A stretch of 64,000 bases of DNA. It comes from Escherichia coli. GTDB lineage: Bacteria > Pseudomonadota > Gammaproteobacteria > Enterobacterales > Enterobacteriaceae. The stretch lies in the NCBI RefSeq assembly GCF_045037415.1, contig NZ_CP173438.1. One strand, given 5' to 3'. This document shows, piece by piece, positions 15,750 to 28,383 of the stretch (position 1 is its first letter; each line of letters starts with the position of its first letter). Under the pieces are notes generated by a model. The model did no database searches. It had not been told where the DNA came from and worked only from the letters and a program-made list of their open reading frames with translations. Both the position numbers and the translations under genes were made by a program.

Positions 15750-17213
15750 TTAAAGCAACACCACGGGCATCCACAGTAAGCCGGTAATCACCAGCAATAC
15801 GAGGAATATCAGCCCAAAAATCGCCCCCAGTCGCCAGTAATCCGCCGTTGGCAGATAACCACTGCCGTAGTAAATCGGACTGGGTCCGGTGGCGTATGGT
15901 GTAAGAATGCTCCCCAGACCAATTGCCGCACCAACCATCAGGCAGAACACCGGCAGCGGGATTTCCGGCATCGCCAGCGCGGCGGCAATCATCATCGGTG
16001 CGAGAGCGGAGGTATACGCTGTGGCGCTGGCAAAAAAGTAGCGCAGCAGATAAAAGACCACAATCAACGCCACCATCACTATCGTTGGCGAATAACCGCT
16101 TAAGCTGCCTGCTAACAGTTTGCCAAACCAGCTAATAAAACCGGTGTTGTTGAGTCCGGTAGCGAGGGTGATAAGCGAGGCCAGCCAGAAGAAAACGTTC
16201 CACGCCGCTTTATTACTGACAATGTCGTCCCAACTGATAATGCGCAGAAGCAGCATCAGCGCCACCACGCTGTAACCGACCATCGCGGCATCGATATAAT
16301 CACCGCCAAAAATCCACAACACCAGTGCGCCTACCATCAGCCCCAGCATCCGTTTTTCACGCGAACAGAGCGGGCCCATTGCCTGCAGTTCCGTCTCTGC
16401 CCAGCGCGGCACCTGATCGCCAGACTTCAGTACCGGCGGGTACAGCACGTAAGCCAGCCAGGGAACCAGCAAAACCAGTAAAATGCTGAGCGGCAACATC
16501 CCGAGGAACCAGTCGCCCCAGCTTAGCATGGCGTGAGATGCGCTTTTCATCAGTCCAATTAACAGCAAATTTGGAGCCATCGCCGTCAGGAAAATGGCGC
16601 TGGTCACGCAGTCGGCAACAATCCCCATCCACATGATGTACGAGCCAATGCTGCGCGAACTGCTGTCGTTTGGTTGTGATTGATAGAGCGGTGGCAGGTT
16701 ACGGATGATGGGATAGATAATCCCCGCACCACGCGCCGAGTTGGACGGTGTTACAGGCGCGAGTATCAGCTCGGAGAACATCACTGCATAGCCGAGAAAC
16801 AGCGTGCGATGCCCCATTTTTTTCACCAGAATCAGCGCGATGCGACGTCCAAGCCCGGTTTTTTCATAGCCCGTACCAAACATAAAGGCGGCGAAAATAA
16901 GCCAGATAACTGAATTAGAAAAACCAGAAACCGCCCAGGAGAGGGATTTGGCGGTGAACTTAAAACCTGGCTGGGCGAGCTGCTCCGGGCTAAACAGCAG
17001 CCACGGCGAAAGAATGGCGATGATGGATATACCCACCATCGCCACCACGGCACCCGGCACGGGTTCGAGGATCAGTCCAACGATCACGCCAGTAAAAACG
17101 GCAAAGTAGAGCCAGGTATGACTCTCCAGCCCTGCGGGAAGCGGAAGTAGAGCAATAATGGCGATGACCGCCAGCGGCGCAAGGTATCGCCACCATTCAG
17201 TGGAAGGTTTCAT
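15750..17213 (-). CDS. ttdT: L-tartrate/succinate antiporter (DASS family)
   Basis: 487 aa polytopic membrane ORF downstream of ttdAB on the same strand. Confidence 0.88.
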   Translation of the reverse strand: MKPSTEWWRYLAPLAVIAIIALLPLPAGLESHTWLYFAVFTGVIVGLILEPVPGAVVAMVGISIIAILSPWLLFSPEQLAQPGFKFTAKSLSWAVSGFSNSVIWLIFAAFMFGTGYEKTGLGRRIALILVKKMGHRTLFLGYAVMFSELILAPVTPSNSARGAGIIYPIIRNLPPLYQSQPNDSSSRSIGSYIMWMGIVADCVTSAIFLTAMAPNLLLIGLMKSASHAMLSWGDWFLGMLPLSILLVLLVPWLAYVLYPPVLKSGDQVPRWAETELQAMGPLCSREKRMLGLMVGALVLWIFGGDYIDAAMVGYSVVALMLLLRIISWDDIVSNKAAWNVFFWLASLITLATGLNNTGFISWFGKLLAGSLSGYSPTIVMVALIVVFYLLRYFFASATAYTSALAPMMIAAALAMPEIPLPVFCLMVGAAIGLGSILTPYATGPSPIYYGSGYLPTADYWRLGAIFGLIFLVLLVITGLLWMPVVLL

Positions 17214-17260
17214 CGTGTTATGCCTGCGAAAAAGGAGAGGGGCGAGCCTCTCCGTGAGGG

Positions 17261-17866
17261 TTATTTGATGTAGTGGACGTGCTCGCAGATCTCTTCCACG
17301 ATGGGATCGCGGCGTTCGGCGAACAGCTTTTTATTTTCGGCTATCAGGTTGTTGCCGTGGGTATCTATAGAGACAATCAGCGGGCCAAACTCTTTGACCC
17401 GGCAGACCCACAGCGACTCTGGCATCCCGAGTTCTGTCCAGTGCACTTCTTCAATCTCTTCCACTTGAGTTGCCGCCAGTACCGCACAGCCAGCCGGGAA
17501 AATCACATGCAGCGCCTTGAATTTCTGGCAGCCTTCTTCGGTCAGCGGCCCCATTCCGCCTTTGCCGACCACCAGTTTCACGCCGGTCTGCTCGATAAAT
17601 TCACGTTCAAAACTTTCCATACGCATACTGGTTGTCGGGCCGACGGATACCATCTCCCATTTGTCGCCGTTTTTGCGCACGATGGGGCCAGCGTGGAAAA
17701 TCGCTTTGCCGTTGAGATCGTAAGGGATCGGACGTTTCAGTTCGATCAAGCGACGGTGACAAACGTCACGGCAGGTCACCAGCGTACCGGTCAGGTAGAT
17801 CACATCGCCGACGCGAATATCTTGCAGATCTTCAGCTTTGATCGGGGTTGTCAGGATCTTTTTCAT
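17261..17866 (-). CDS. ttdB: L(+)-tartrate dehydratase beta subunit
   Basis: 201 aa ORF of the fumarate hydratase class I C-terminal type; 4-nt overlap with ttdA. Confidence 0.9.
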
Positions 17867-18774
17867 AACGCGCTCCGGGTGTGAGACAGATTTTCAAAGG
17901 TGAGATCGGCATGAACCAGCAGTGTGCCGCGACGATGCGCCCAGCAGCCGGTAGAAACAGCAACGCCGATGGTTGACGGATGGCGAGCGGCAGATTCGAT
18001 ATGCACGCCCATCACTGAACTGTTGCCAGTCAGCCCTTGTGGACCAATCCCCAAACGGTTGAGTCCTTCTTCCAGGCGTAGCTCCAGCTCTGCCGCTTTC
18101 GGATTGGGGTGGCGGCTGCCAATCGGGCGCAAAATGGCTTTTCGCGAGAGCACTGCGGCGGTTTCCACCGAGGTAGCGATGCCAACGCCCACCAGTACCG
18201 GCGGACAGGCGTTTACGGCGAGGGTGGAGATATTTTCGAAGACGAATTTCACTACGCCTTCGTAGCCTTCTGACGGCATTAACACTTTCGATCGGCCAGG
18301 TAGCGTGCAGCCGCCGCCTGCCATGTAAACTTCGATTTCCGCATCGTCACCGTCGGGGACGATATCCCAGGTGACCCACGGTACGCCGCTGCCGGTATTT
18401 TTGCCGGTGTTTACTTCGTCAAAAATTTCTACCGCATTGTGACGCAGTGGCGCTTTGACGGTTGCCTCTTCCACGGCTTGTTTGAGTATGCTTTGCAGCT
18501 CGCCAAGCAGTGGGAAACGGGAACCGACCTTAACAAAAAACATGATTTCGCCGGTGTCCTGACAGGCAGGACGATTCAGGTCGATCGCTTTTTGCATGTT
18601 ATCGAACATCGTGTGGTAGATGATTTTTCCCATCGACGATGTTTCGGCATCCTTTAGCTGTTTTAGTTTATCCACCACGTCATCAGGCATTCGGGTAGAA
18701 ATCATGGCGGTAAAGTTAGCGACAATCTCCGTCAACTTATTCACTGCCTGTTGCTTATTACTTTCGCTCATCAT
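17863..18774 (-). CDS. ttdA: L(+)-tartrate dehydratase alpha subunit (Fe-S hydrolyase)
   Basis: 303 aa ORF of the fumarate hydratase class I N-terminal type with conserved cysteines. Confidence 0.9.
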
Positions 18775-18980
18775 GGCAACTCCAGTTTATGTATTTGTCT
18801 GGAAAAATTCACCGCCACAAACTACCACTAAAAATGTGGTTTTATATTTTTTGCCACCGTGAATATGTAATTAACAGTTCGTGAATCAACGCGAAAATAA
18901 GAACGAATATTGCGCCAGAGCAGGGAATGGTAATGTTTTGCGAAATACACTGCGTTTATCAAAACTGCGGATATTTAACA

Positions 18981-19913
18981 ATGCTAAATAGCTGGCCTTT
19001 AGCCAAAGACTTGCAGGTACTGGTGGAAATCGTCCATAGCGGGAGTTTTAGTGCTGCAGCGGCGACGCTTGGGCAAACGCCTGCATTTGTCACCAAGCGG
19101 ATCCAAATCCTTGAAAATACGCTGGCAACAACGCTGCTGAACCGCTCCGCTCGCGGCGTGGCGCTGACTGAAAGTGGCCAACGTTGTTACGAACATGCGC
19201 TGGAAATCCTCACCCAATATCAGCGACTGGTCGATGACGTCACGCAAATCAAAACGCGCCCGGAGGGGATGATCCGCATTGGTTGCAGTTTTGGTTTTGG
19301 GCGCAGCCATATTGCGCCAGCTATTACCGAACTGATGCGCAATTATCCTGAGTTACAGGTGCATTTTGAATTGTTCGATCGACAAATTGATTTAGTGCAG
19401 GATAATATTGATCTGGATATTCGTATTAATGACGCAATTCCTGATTATTATATTGCGCATCTTTTGACAAAAAATAAAAGAATATTATGCGCAGCACCTG
19501 AGTATCTGCAAAAATATCCGCAGCCACAATCCTTACAGGAATTAAGTCGTCATGACTGCCTGGTGACCAAAGAGCGCGATATGACCCACGGAATATGGGA
19601 GTTGGGGAACGGTCAGGAGAAAAAATCGGTGAAGGTAAGCGGACATCTTTCCTCCAATAGCGGCGAGATTGTGTTGCAATGGGCGCTGGAGGGCAAAGGG
19701 ATTATGCTGCGTTCCGAGTGGGATGTGTTGCCGTTTCTGGAGAGTGGCAAACTGGTGCGAGTATTGCCGGAGTATGCACAAAGCGCCAATATCTGGGCTG
19801 TTTACCGGGAGCCGCTCTATCGCAGCATGAAATTACGTGTCTGTGTGGAATTTCTGGCGGCATGGTGCCAGCAACGGCTGGGCAAGCCCGACGAAGGCTA
19901 TCAGGTCATGTAG
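18981..19913 (+). CDS. ttdR: LysR-type activator of the ttd operon
   Basis: ORF track starts at 18927; the 310 aa form beginning [33 protein letters not shown] (LysR HTH) starts at codon 19, divergent from ttdA. Confidence 0.85.
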   Translation: MLNSWPLAKDLQVLVEIVHSGSFSAAAATLGQTPAFVTKRIQILENTLATTLLNRSARGVALTESGQRCYEHALEILTQYQRLVDDVTQIKTRPEGMIRIGCSFGFGRSHIAPAITELMRNYPELQVHFELFDRQIDLVQDNIDLDIRINDAIPDYYIAHLLTKNKRILCAAPEYLQKYPQPQSLQELSRHDCLVTKERDMTHGIWELGNGQEKKSVKVSGHLSSNSGEIVLQWALEGKGIMLRSEWDVLPFLESGKLVRVLPEYAQSANIWAVYREPLYRSMKLRVCVEFLAAWCQQRLGKPDEGYQVM

Positions 19914-19925
19914 ATCCACCAGAAA

Positions 19926-20543
19926 TCACTCGGGATCCTTTTCGCGCTTTCTTTTGAATTTCGTCCAGATTTTTGTCTCCTGGCGACGCCACAGACGCTG
20001 GATGTTGTCATGATGACGCAGCAGGATCAGGCAAGAGAGCATCGAAACCGGGAAGGTGAATTGTGGCTTAAACCACCAGACATAAAACGGAGCAATCAGT
20101 GCACTGACAATCGCTCCCAGCGACGAGTAACCACTCAATAGCACGGTCAGTAACCAGGTTCCCGCCATTACTCCAGTGAGATCCCAGCCAATTGGTGCGA
20201 TGGCACCAAAAGCGGTAGCAACGCCTTTTCCTCCTTTAAAACCGAAGAAAACGGGCCAGATGTGTCCAAGACAGGCGGCGATGGCAATTAAGCCTAGCCA
20301 GAAGGGGCTGACACCTAATTCATACGCGCCCCAGACGGGCAACATTCCTTTCAGAACGTCGAAAATCAGTACTGCTACGGCTGCTCCCTTGCCACCGATA
20401 CGTAACACATTGGTTGCGCCTGGATTGCCGGAGCCGCTGGTTCGCGGATCGGGTAACCCACACAAGCGGCAAACCAGAATGGCACTGGAAATGGAGCCGC
20501 AGAGGTACGCGATGAGGATCATTCCAGGCGCGATTGCACTCAT
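19926..20543 (-). CDS. plsY: Glycerol-3-phosphate acyltransferase (acyl-phosphate dependent)
   Basis: 205 aa membrane [55 protein letters not shown]... Confidence 0.92.
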
Positions 20544-20647
20544 AAGCTGTTCCGTTTTGAAAATTCGTGTTCAACGATGAATCTGTGGATAATACGCACA
20601 TTTCGCCGGAAGTGGTATCCGGTTAGCCAAAAAGCAGGCAGGACGTG

Positions 20648-21016
20648 ATGGATATTGTATTTATAGAGCAACTTTCGGTAATCACCACTATTGGTGTTTA
20701 CGACTGGGAACAGACCATCGAACAGAAGTTAGTGTTCGATATCGAAATGGCGTGGGATAACCGTAAAGCGGCGAAAAGTGATGATGTGGCGGATTGCCTC
20801 AGTTACGCTGACATTGCAGAAACGGTGGTCAGCCACGTCGAGGGGGCGCGTTTTGCGCTGGTGGAACGCGTGGCTGAAGAGGTGGCGGAACTGCTGTTAG
20901 CACGCTTCAACTCGCCGTGGGTGCGTATCAAACTCAGCAAGCCAGGCGCAGTGGCGCGGGCGGCGAATGTTGGCGTAATCATTGAGCGTGGCAATAATCT
21001 GAAAGAAAATAATTAA
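20648..21016 (+). CDS. folB: Dihydroneopterin aldolase
   Basis: 122 aa from the second ATG (MDIVFIEQLSVITTIGVYDWEQ...). Confidence 0.92.
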   Translation: MDIVFIEQLSVITTIGVYDWEQTIEQKLVFDIEMAWDNRKAAKSDDVADCLSYADIAETVVSHVEGARFALVERVAEEVAELLLARFNSPWVRIKLSKPGAVARAANVGVIIERGNNLKENN

Positions 21017-21106
21017 TTTTACAGCTGTTAAACCAAACGATTATAACCTGGTCATACTGCAGTAGTTCGGACAAGCGTTACATTTTTATAATTTAGGGGT
21101 TTATTG

Positions 21107-21928
21107 ATGAGCGATATGCACTCGCTGCTGATAGCGGCAATATTGGGTGTGGTCGAAGGATTGACAGAATTTCTGCCGGTATCCAGCACGGGCCATATGA
21201 TTATTGTCGGTCACTTGTTGGGGTTTGAGGGCGACACGGCGAAAACCTTTGAAGTCGTGATCCAGTTAGGATCAATTCTGGCGGTAGTAGTGATGTTCTG
21301 GCGGCGTCTGTTTGGCCTGATTGGCATCCACTTTGGCCGCCCGTTGCAGCACGAAGGAGAAAACAAAGGTCGTTTAACGCTGATCCACATTTTGCTGGGG
21401 ATGATTCCGGCGGTGGTACTGGGGCTGTTGTTCCACGACACGATTAAATCATTGTTTAACCCGATAAATGTCATGTATGCACTGGTCGTTGGCGGTCTGT
21501 TGCTGATTGCTGCCGAATGCCTGAAGCCGAAAGAGCCGCGTGCGCCGGGTCTTGATGATATGACCTATCGTCAGGCGTTTATGATTGGCTGTTTCCAGTG
21601 TCTGGCGCTGTGGCCGGGTTTCTCCCGTTCCGGGGCGACCATTTCAGGTGGGATGCTGATGGGGGTGAGCCGTTACGCTGCTTCCGAGTTCTCGTTCCTG
21701 CTGGCGGTGCCGATGATGATGGGCGCAACGGCGCTCGATCTCTACAAAAGCTGGGGCTTCCTGACTACCGGCGATATCCCGATGTTTGCCGTTGGGTTTA
21801 TCACCGCTTTTGTGGTGGCGCTGATAGCGATTAAAACCTTCCTGCAATTGATTAAGCGCATTTCGTTTATCCCGTTCGCCATTTATCGCTTTATTGTGGC
21901 GGCTGCGGTGTACGTCGTGTTCTTTTGA
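21107..21928 (+). CDS. uppP: Undecaprenyl-diphosphate phosphatase
   Basis: 273 aa membrane ORF from the second ATG ([30 protein letters not shown]...); bacA family. Confidence 0.92.
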   Translation: MSDMHSLLIAAILGVVEGLTEFLPVSSTGHMIIVGHLLGFEGDTAKTFEVVIQLGSILAVVVMFWRRLFGLIGIHFGRPLQHEGENKGRLTLIHILLGMIPAVVLGLLFHDTIKSLFNPINVMYALVVGGLLLIAAECLKPKEPRAPGLDDMTYRQAFMIGCFQCLALWPGFSRSGATISGGMLMGVSRYAASEFSFLLAVPMMMGATALDLYKSWGFLTTGDIPMFAVGFITAFVVALIAIKTFLQLIKRISFIPFAIYRFIVAAAVYVVFF

Positions 21929-22007
21929 TTGAGAGATAGTGTCGGATATGACGCTTGTGCGTCTTATCCGACCTAAGGGATTTCTGCAATATACTGAATT
22001 TAAAAAG

Positions 22008-23246
22008 TTAATCAGGCTTTGGGCAACGTTGTTCCTTCCAGCTGGCTACCGCCGCAATCCGCCGTCGGGTCAGCTCCTCACGAATCTCCACACCTTTAAA
22101 TCCTGCTTCAACGACGGCTTTTGTCGGCACTGACTGCGCCACTTCCCAGGCTTCGCGCAACCAGCGGCCTTGCGGGTAGTCCGCTGATTCAAAACCGGTT
22201 CTGCCGCGCACGTCAGCCTCGCTGGTCAGCGCCAGTTGCTCGACACGCTGCGGTTTACGCCAGGCGTCAATGGAATCAAACAATTTAACAATGGTTTTCG
22301 GGTTCAGCATTGGAAAGGTGTGGATGAGATCGTGAAACTCAGCTACCAGTCTGGCTAAATCGCGAATTTCATTTGGCACGCGCAGACGCTGGCATAGTTG
22401 TTCCACTAACTTCACACCCGCCGGGCCATGACCATGATGACGTGGCCAAAGTTCTGGCGGCGTCAGTCCTTTACCGAGATCGTGGCATAACGTTGCGAAA
22501 CGAACATCGACCTGCGGACTCAGCATCGCCGCCATTGAGAGCGTCATTAAGGTATGAATACCCGTGTCGATTTCCGGGTGCCACCTGGCAGGGGCCGGAA
22601 CGCCAAACAGGGAGTCAATTTCCGGGAATAAAACGCGCAGTGCGCCGCAATCGCGCAGTACCTGGAAGAACACCTGGGGATTGCGGGTGGTGAGGGCGCT
22701 TTCCGTCTCTTTCCATACCCGTTCAGGCGTCAGGTGTTCCAGTTCACCCGCATGGGTCATCTCGCGCATCAGCGCCAGAGTTTCATCGGCAATACGGAAA
22801 CTGAGGTGGGCATAACGCGCAGCAAAACGCGCTACGCGCAACACGCGTAACGGATCTTCGCCAAAAGCGGGGGAAACATGGCGCAACAGACGATTTTGCA
22901 GATCGCCCAGACCGTTGTACGGGTCGATAATCTCGCCGTTATCGTCCTGGGCCAGCGCATTAATGGTCAGATCGCGACGCTTAAGATCATCTTCCAGCGA
23001 GACATCCGGTGCGGCATAGCAGGTAAAACCGGTGTAACCGGAACCAGATTTCCGTTCGGTACGTGCCAGTGCATACTCTTCATGCGTTTGCGGATGCAGA
23101 AACACAGGAAAATCGCGGCCTACCTGCTGGTAGCCCGCGTCGAGCATCTCCTGTGGCGTACTGCCGACCACCACCCAATCTCTGTCTTTGACCGGTAGCC
23201 CTAACAATGCATCCCGAACAGCACCACCGACCAGATAAATCTTCAC
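22008..23246 (-). CDS. cca: CCA-adding tRNA nucleotidyltransferase with HD phosphohydrolase domain
   Basis: 412 aa [31 protein letters not shown]... (polymerase beta-like head) plus HD domain. Confidence 0.93.
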   Translation of the reverse strand: MKIYLVGGAVRDALLGLPVKDRDWVVVGSTPQEMLDAGYQQVGRDFPVFLHPQTHEEYALARTERKSGSGYTGFTCYAAPDVSLEDDLKRRDLTINALAQDDNGEIIDPYNGLGDLQNRLLRHVSPAFGEDPLRVLRVARFAARYAHLSFRIADETLALMREMTHAGELEHLTPERVWKETESALTTRNPQVFFQVLRDCGALRVLFPEIDSLFGVPAPARWHPEIDTGIHTLMTLSMAAMLSPQVDVRFATLCHDLGKGLTPPELWPRHHGHGPAGVKLVEQLCQRLRVPNEIRDLARLVAEFHDLIHTFPMLNPKTIVKLFDSIDAWRKPQRVEQLALTSEADVRGRTGFESADYPQGRWLREAWEVAQSVPTKAVVEAGFKGVEIREELTRRRIAAVASWKEQRCPKPD

Positions 23247-23309
23247 GCCATCATCCCTTCGTCAAATACACAATTCCTAATAATAAGACAGTGCAACGAA
23301 GAAGGCGAT

Positions 23310-23930
23310 TTAGTTCATCCAGCGATCTTTGCGTTTGCGGCTTGGGATCAGGTGCGGCAGTACCAGACCAAGCAGCAAGCCAAGCCCCAGCACGCCACCG
23401 CCATACATAAACCACTGCATGATGATGGTGCGCTGTTTGTCATCCAACTGTACGCTGGCGGCATCGACCTTTTTCTGCGCGACAATCAGCTCGTTTTTCA
23501 GTTTCTGATTTTCTTCTTTTAACCTGTTGATCACGCTGTCACTCTGCGCCACTTTTTGCTGCATTTCTGCGGTGCGCTGATTCCAGGTGTTATCGATATT
23601 GGTGAGTTTATCGGTCAGAGTTTTGACCTGATTTTCCAGATCTGGCACACGGGAGCGCAGGCTTGGTTCAGTGCTAAGTTGTTTCAACGGGATCCAGGCA
23701 GTACGGCCAGAGCTGTCTTTCACCTGGGCATAATTGGTGTTGGCGTCAGTTTGTAATAAGGTCACTTCCTCGCCGGCGTTAACCGTGCCCACGAGGCGAT
23801 AATGATCTCCCGGACCGCTACGGACCCAGGTATTCAGTTCGTCGGAAACATAGCGCGTTTCTTCAGCGTGTGAGACGGCAGTCGCGCTAAGTGCGAGTAA
23901 AGTTAATCCGATCAGGCGTAATTTTGGCAT
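23310..23930 (-). CDS. ygiM: SH3-domain protein with signal peptide and C-terminal membrane anchor
   Basis: 206 aa ORF; signal peptide MPKLRLIGLTLLALSATAVSHA, central coiled coil, C-terminal TM segment. Confidence 0.82.
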   Translation of the reverse strand: MPKLRLIGLTLLALSATAVSHAEETRYVSDELNTWVRSGPGDHYRLVGTVNAGEEVTLLQTDANTNYAQVKDSSGRTAWIPLKQLSTEPSLRSRVPDLENQVKTLTDKLTNIDNTWNQRTAEMQQKVAQSDSVINRLKEENQKLKNELIVAQKKVDAASVQLDDKQRTIIMQWFMYGGGVLGLGLLLGLVLPHLIPSRKRKDRWMN

Positions 23931-24171
23931 CAGGCTGTCGTTATTGTCATGGAAAGTGGAACGATAGTAGTGGCATCAGTGTCGCTACGCAAAGCATTCG
24001 ACATCAATCGGAATCCTCTGTGTCAGGTCTTGCCACTGCTTCAAACTTTTACGCCCGTCAAATTGCCCGTTGCATGGCAATTTGGCGCAAAATACTATCT
24101 ACTGACAAAAAAGATCGCATTAAGTTCGCCGTTCATCGTCACTTATGTGACATAACCAGTAAGTAAAGGCC

Positions 24172-25473
24172 ATGGCTCAGGAAATCGAATTAAAGTTTAT
24201 TGTTAATCACAGTGCCGTTGAGGCGCTGCGTGACCATCTCAATACGCTGGGCGGCGAGCACCATGACCCCGTGCAGTTGCTGAATATTTACTACGAAACG
24301 CCGGATAATTGGCTGCGTGGGCACGACATGGGCTTGCGTATTCGTGGCGAAAACGGTCGCTATGAGATGACCATGAAAGTTGCAGGAAGAGTGACAGGCG
24401 GCTTACACCAGCGCCCGGAATATAACGTGGCGTTGAGCGAACCGACGCTCGACCTGGCGCAGTTACCGACGGAAGTCTGGCCGAACGGCGAATTGCCTAC
24501 CGATCTCGCTTCCCGCGTGCAGCCGCTGTTTAGCACCGATTTTTATCGCGAAAAATGGCTAGTAGAGGTCGATGGCAGCCGAATTGAAATCGCTCTCGAT
24601 CAGGGTGAGGTGAAAGCGGGTGAATTTGCTGAACCTATCTGTGAGCTGGAACTGGAACTGCTTAGCGGCGACATGCGTGCGGTGCTGAAACTGGCGAACC
24701 AACTGGTATCGCAAACCGGATTACGCCAGGGCAGCCTGAGCAAAGCAGCGCGTGGCTATCATCTGGCGCAGGGCAATCCGGCGCGTGAAATCAAACCGAC
24801 CACCATTTTGCATGTTGCGGCAAAAGCTGATGTGGAACAGGGGCTGGAAGCGGCGCTCGAGCTGGCGTTAGCGCAATGGCAGTATCATGAAGAACTGTGG
24901 GTACGCGGCAACGATGCGGCGAAAGAGCAGGTGCTGGCAGCCATTGGCCTGGTTCGTCATACACTGATGCTGTTCGGTGGCATTGTGCCGCGTAAAGCGA
25001 GCACTCACTTACGTGATCTGCTGACTCAATGCGAGGCGACCATTGCTTCTGCGGTTTCTGCCGTAACGGCGGTCTACTCTACCGAAACGGCAATGGCGAA
25101 GCTGGCGTTGACCGAATGGCTGGTAAGCAAAGCCTGGCAGCCGTTTTTAGATGCCAAAGCGCAGAGTAAAATGAGCGATTCCTTCAAACGCTTTGCCGAT
25201 ATCCATCTTTCCCGCCATGCCGCTGAACTGAAAAGCGTTTTCTGCCAGCCGTTAGGCGATCGCTACCGTGACCAATTGCCACGCCTGACGCGTGATATTG
25301 ACTCAATACTGTTGCTGGCGGGTTACTACGATCCTGTCGTCGCGCAAGACTGGCTGGAGAACTGGCAGGGGCTGCGTCACGCTATTGCGACCGGGCAACG
25401 CATTGAAATTGAACATTTCCGTAATGAGGCAAACAATCAGGAACCGTTCTGGTTGCACAGCGGAAAACGTTAA
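24172..25473 (+). CDS. ygiF: Inorganic triphosphatase (CYTH domain plus CHAD domain)
   Basis: 433 aa [26 protein letters not shown]... with the CYTH EIELK-type motif. Confidence 0.88.
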   Translation: MAQEIELKFIVNHSAVEALRDHLNTLGGEHHDPVQLLNIYYETPDNWLRGHDMGLRIRGENGRYEMTMKVAGRVTGGLHQRPEYNVALSEPTLDLAQLPTEVWPNGELPTDLASRVQPLFSTDFYREKWLVEVDGSRIEIALDQGEVKAGEFAEPICELELELLSGDMRAVLKLANQLVSQTGLRQGSLSKAARGYHLAQGNPAREIKPTTILHVAAKADVEQGLEAALELALAQWQYHEELWVRGNDAAKEQVLAAIGLVRHTLMLFGGIVPRKASTHLRDLLTQCEATIASAVSAVTAVYSTETAMAKLALTEWLVSKAWQPFLDAKAQSKMSDSFKRFADIHLSRHAAELKSVFCQPLGDRYRDQLPRLTRDIDSILLLAGYYDPVVAQDWLENWQGLRHAIATGQRIEIEHFRNEANNQEPFWLHSGKR

Positions 25474-25495
25474 TCAGGCAAGGATAAAATCGCTT

Positions 25496-28336
25496 ATGAA
25501 GCCGCTCTCTTCACCGTTACAGCAGTACTGGCAGACCGTTGTTGAGCGGCTGCCAGAGCCTTTAGCCGAGGAATCACTTAGCGCACAGGCGAAGTCAGTA
25601 CTTACTTTCAGTGATTTTGTGCAGGACAGCGTGATTGCGCATCCAGAGTGGCTGACGGAACTGGAAAGCCAACCGCCGCAGGCCGACGAATGGCAGCATT
25701 ACGCTGCATGGTTGCAGGAGGCGCTCAGTAATGTGAGTGACGAGGCTGGGTTAATGCGCGAGCTGCGGCTATTCCGGCGGCGCATTATGGTGCGCATCGC
25801 CTGGGCGCAAACGCTGGCACTGGTTACTGAAGAGAGCATATTGCAGCAGCTCAGCCATCTGGCGGAGACGCTGATTGTTGCGGCGCGTGACTGGCTGTAT
25901 GACGCCTGCTGCCGCGAATGGGGAACGCCGTGCAATGCGCAGGGCGAAGCGCAACCGCTGCTGATTTTAGGCATGGGTAAGCTGGGCGGCGGGGAATTGA
26001 ATTTCTCCTCAGATATCGATCTGATTTTTGCCTGGCCGGAACATGGTTGTACCCAGGGCGGACGCCGGGAACTGGATAACGCGCAGTTTTTTACCCGCAT
26101 GGGGCAGCGGCTGATTAAAGTACTGGATCAACCAACGCAGGATGGCTTCGTCTATCGCGTGGATATGCGGCTGCGTCCGTTTGGGGAAAGTGGCCCGCTG
26201 GTGCTGAGCTTTGCGGCGCTGGAAGATTATTACCAGGAGCAGGGGCGCGACTGGGAGCGTTACGCGATGGTCAAGGCGCGGATTATGGGGGATAGCGACG
26301 GCGTCTATGCTAACGAGTTGCGTGCGTTGCTGCGCCCGTTTGTTTTCCGTCGTTACATCGATTTCAGCGTGATTCAGTCGCTGCGCAACATGAAAGGAAT
26401 GATTGCCCGTGAAGTGCGTCGACGCGGTTTGACCGACAACATCAAACTTGGCGCAGGCGGCATTCGCGAAATTGAATTTATCGTCCAGGTGTTCCAGCTC
26501 ATTCGCGGCGGGCGCGAACCGTCGCTGCAATCGCGCTCTTTACTGCCAACGCTCAGCGCCATTGCCGCGCTGCATCTGCTTTCTGAAAACGATGCTGAAC
26601 AATTGCGAGTGGCGTATCTGTTCCTGCGGCGTCTGGAAAACCTGCTGCAAAGCATTAACGACGAACAAACCCAGACGCTTCCTTCTGATGAGCTTAACCG
26701 TGCGCGGCTGGCGTGGGCGATGGACTTTGCTGACTGGCCGCAATTGACCGGGGTGCTGACCGCACATATGGCCAATGTGCGCCGGGTGTTTAATGAATTG
26801 ATTGGCGACGACGAAAGTGAAACTCAGGAAGAGTCGCTGTCGGAACAGTGGCGTGAGCTGTGGCAGGATGCGTTGCAGGAAGATGACACCACGCCAGTGC
26901 TGGCGCATCTTAGCGAGGATGATCGCAAACAGGTGCTAATGCTGATTGCTGATTTCCGCAAAGAGCTGGATAAGCGCACCATCGGGCCGCGAGGACGTCA
27001 GGTGCTCGACCATCTGATGCCACATCTGCTAAGTGATGTCTGTGCGCGTGAAGACGCTGCTGTCACGCTGTCGCGCATTACCGCCTTGCTGGTGGGGATT
27101 GTTACTCGCACCACTTATCTTGAGCTGCTTAGTGAATTCCCTGCGGCGCTTAAGCATTTGATTTCTCTGTGTGCTGCATCGCCGATGATTGCCAGCCAGC
27201 TAGCGCGTTATCCATTATTGCTGGATGAATTGCTCGATCCAAATACCCTCTACCAACCAACGGCGACGGATGCCTACCGTGATGAACTGCGCCAGTATTT
27301 GCTGCGCGTGCCGGAAGATGACGAAGAACAACAGCTTGAGGCGCTGCGTCAGTTCAAACAGGCGCAGCTGTTACGCATTGCGGCAGCGGATATCGCCGGT
27401 ACGCTACCGGTAATGAAAGTGAGCGATCACTTAACCTGGCTGGCAGAAGCCATGATTGATGCCGTCGTTCAGCAGGCGTGGGTTCAAATGGTTGCCCGCT
27501 ACGGTAAGCCAAATCACCTGAACGAACGCGAAGGGCGTGGTTTTGCGGTGGTCGGCTACGGCAAGCTGGGTGGCTGGGAGTTAGGCTACAGTTCCGATCT
27601 TGACCTGATCTTCCTCCATGATTGCCCAATGGATGCGATGACTGACGGCGAGCGGGAAATCGACGGGCGACAGTTTTATCTGCGTCTGGCGCAACGCATT
27701 ATGCATCTGTTCAGTACGCGAACCTCTTCCGGCATTTTGTATGAAGTGGATGCACGACTGCGTCCGTCCGGGGCGGCGGGAATGCTGGTGACATCCGCAG
27801 AAGCATTTGCTGATTATCAGAAAAACGAGGCCTGGACGTGGGAGCATCAGGCGCTGGTGCGTGCGCGTGTAGTGTACGGCGATCCGCAGCTCACCGCGCA
27901 CTTTGACGCAGTACGCCGGGAGATTATGACGCTGCCGCGCGAAGGCAAAACCCTGCAAACAGAAGTGCGGGAAATGCGCGAGAAAATGCGTGCCCATCTC
28001 GGCAATAAACATCGCGATCGCTTTGATATCAAAGCCGATGAAGGCGGAATTACCGATATCGAATTTATTACTCAATATCTGGTGTTGCGCTACGCTCACG
28101 AAAAACCGAAGTTAACGCGCTGGTCAGACAACGTGCGCATTCTGGAACTACTGGCGCAAAACGACATTATGGAAGAGCAGGAAGCGATGGCGCTGACCCG
28201 TGCTTACACGACGCTGCGCGATGAACTTCATCATCTGGCATTACAGGAATTGCCGGGCCATGTGTCGGAGGATTGCTTCACCGCAGAGCGTGAACTGGTG
28301 CGGGCAAGCTGGCAGAAGTGGCTGGTGGAAGAATGA
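25496..28336 (+). CDS. glnE: Bifunctional glutamine synthetase adenylyltransferase / adenylyl-removing enzyme
   Basis: ORF track starts at 25292 inside ygiF; the 946 aa form beginning [21 protein letters not shown] starts at codon 69; two nucleotidyltransferase domains. Confidence 0.92.
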   Translation: MKPLSSPLQQYWQTVVERLPEPLAEESLSAQAKSVLTFSDFVQDSVIAHPEWLTELESQPPQADEWQHYAAWLQEALSNVSDEAGLMRELRLFRRRIMVRIAWAQTLALVTEESILQQLSHLAETLIVAARDWLYDACCREWGTPCNAQGEAQPLLILGMGKLGGGELNFSSDIDLIFAWPEHGCTQGGRRELDNAQFFTRMGQRLIKVLDQPTQDGFVYRVDMRLRPFGESGPLVLSFAALEDYYQEQGRDWERYAMVKARIMGDSDGVYANELRALLRPFVFRRYIDFSVIQSLRNMKGMIAREVRRRGLTDNIKLGAGGIREIEFIVQVFQLIRGGREPSLQSRSLLPTLSAIAALHLLSENDAEQLRVAYLFLRRLENLLQSINDEQTQTLPSDELNRARLAWAMDFADWPQLTGVLTAHMANVRRVFNELIGDDESETQEESLSEQWRELWQDALQEDDTTPVLAHLSEDDRKQVLMLIADFRKELDKRTIGPRGRQVLDHLMPHLLSDVCAREDAAVTLSRITALLVGIVTRTTYLELLSEFPAALKHLISLCAASPMIASQLARYPLLLDELLDPNTLYQPTATDAYRDELRQYLLRVPEDDEEQQLEALRQFKQAQLLRIAAADIAGTLPVMKVSDHLTWLAEAMIDAVVQQAWVQMVARYGKPNHLNEREGRGFAVVGYGKLGGWELGYSSDLDLIFLHDCPMDAMTDGEREIDGRQFYLRLAQRIMHLFSTRTSSGILYEVDARLRPSGAAGMLVTSAEAFADYQKNEAWTWEHQALVRARVVYGDPQLTAHFDAVRREIMTLPREGKTLQTEVREMREKMRAHLGNKHRDRFDIKADEGGITDIEFITQYLVLRYAHEKPKLTRWSDNVRILELLAQNDIMEEQEAMALTRAYTTLRDELHHLALQELPGHVSEDCFTAERELVRASWQKWLVEE

Positions 28337-28383
28337 AGTATGGTATTATCGCGCGCAAATTTTGAATCTCTCAGGAGACAGGA

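Noticed and set aside
25292-25495. N-terminal 68-codon extension of the glnE ORF overlapping the end of ygiF
   Set aside because: The conserved GlnE N-terminus begins at [12 protein letters not shown] (codon 69); the extension is an out-of-frame read-through of ygiF.
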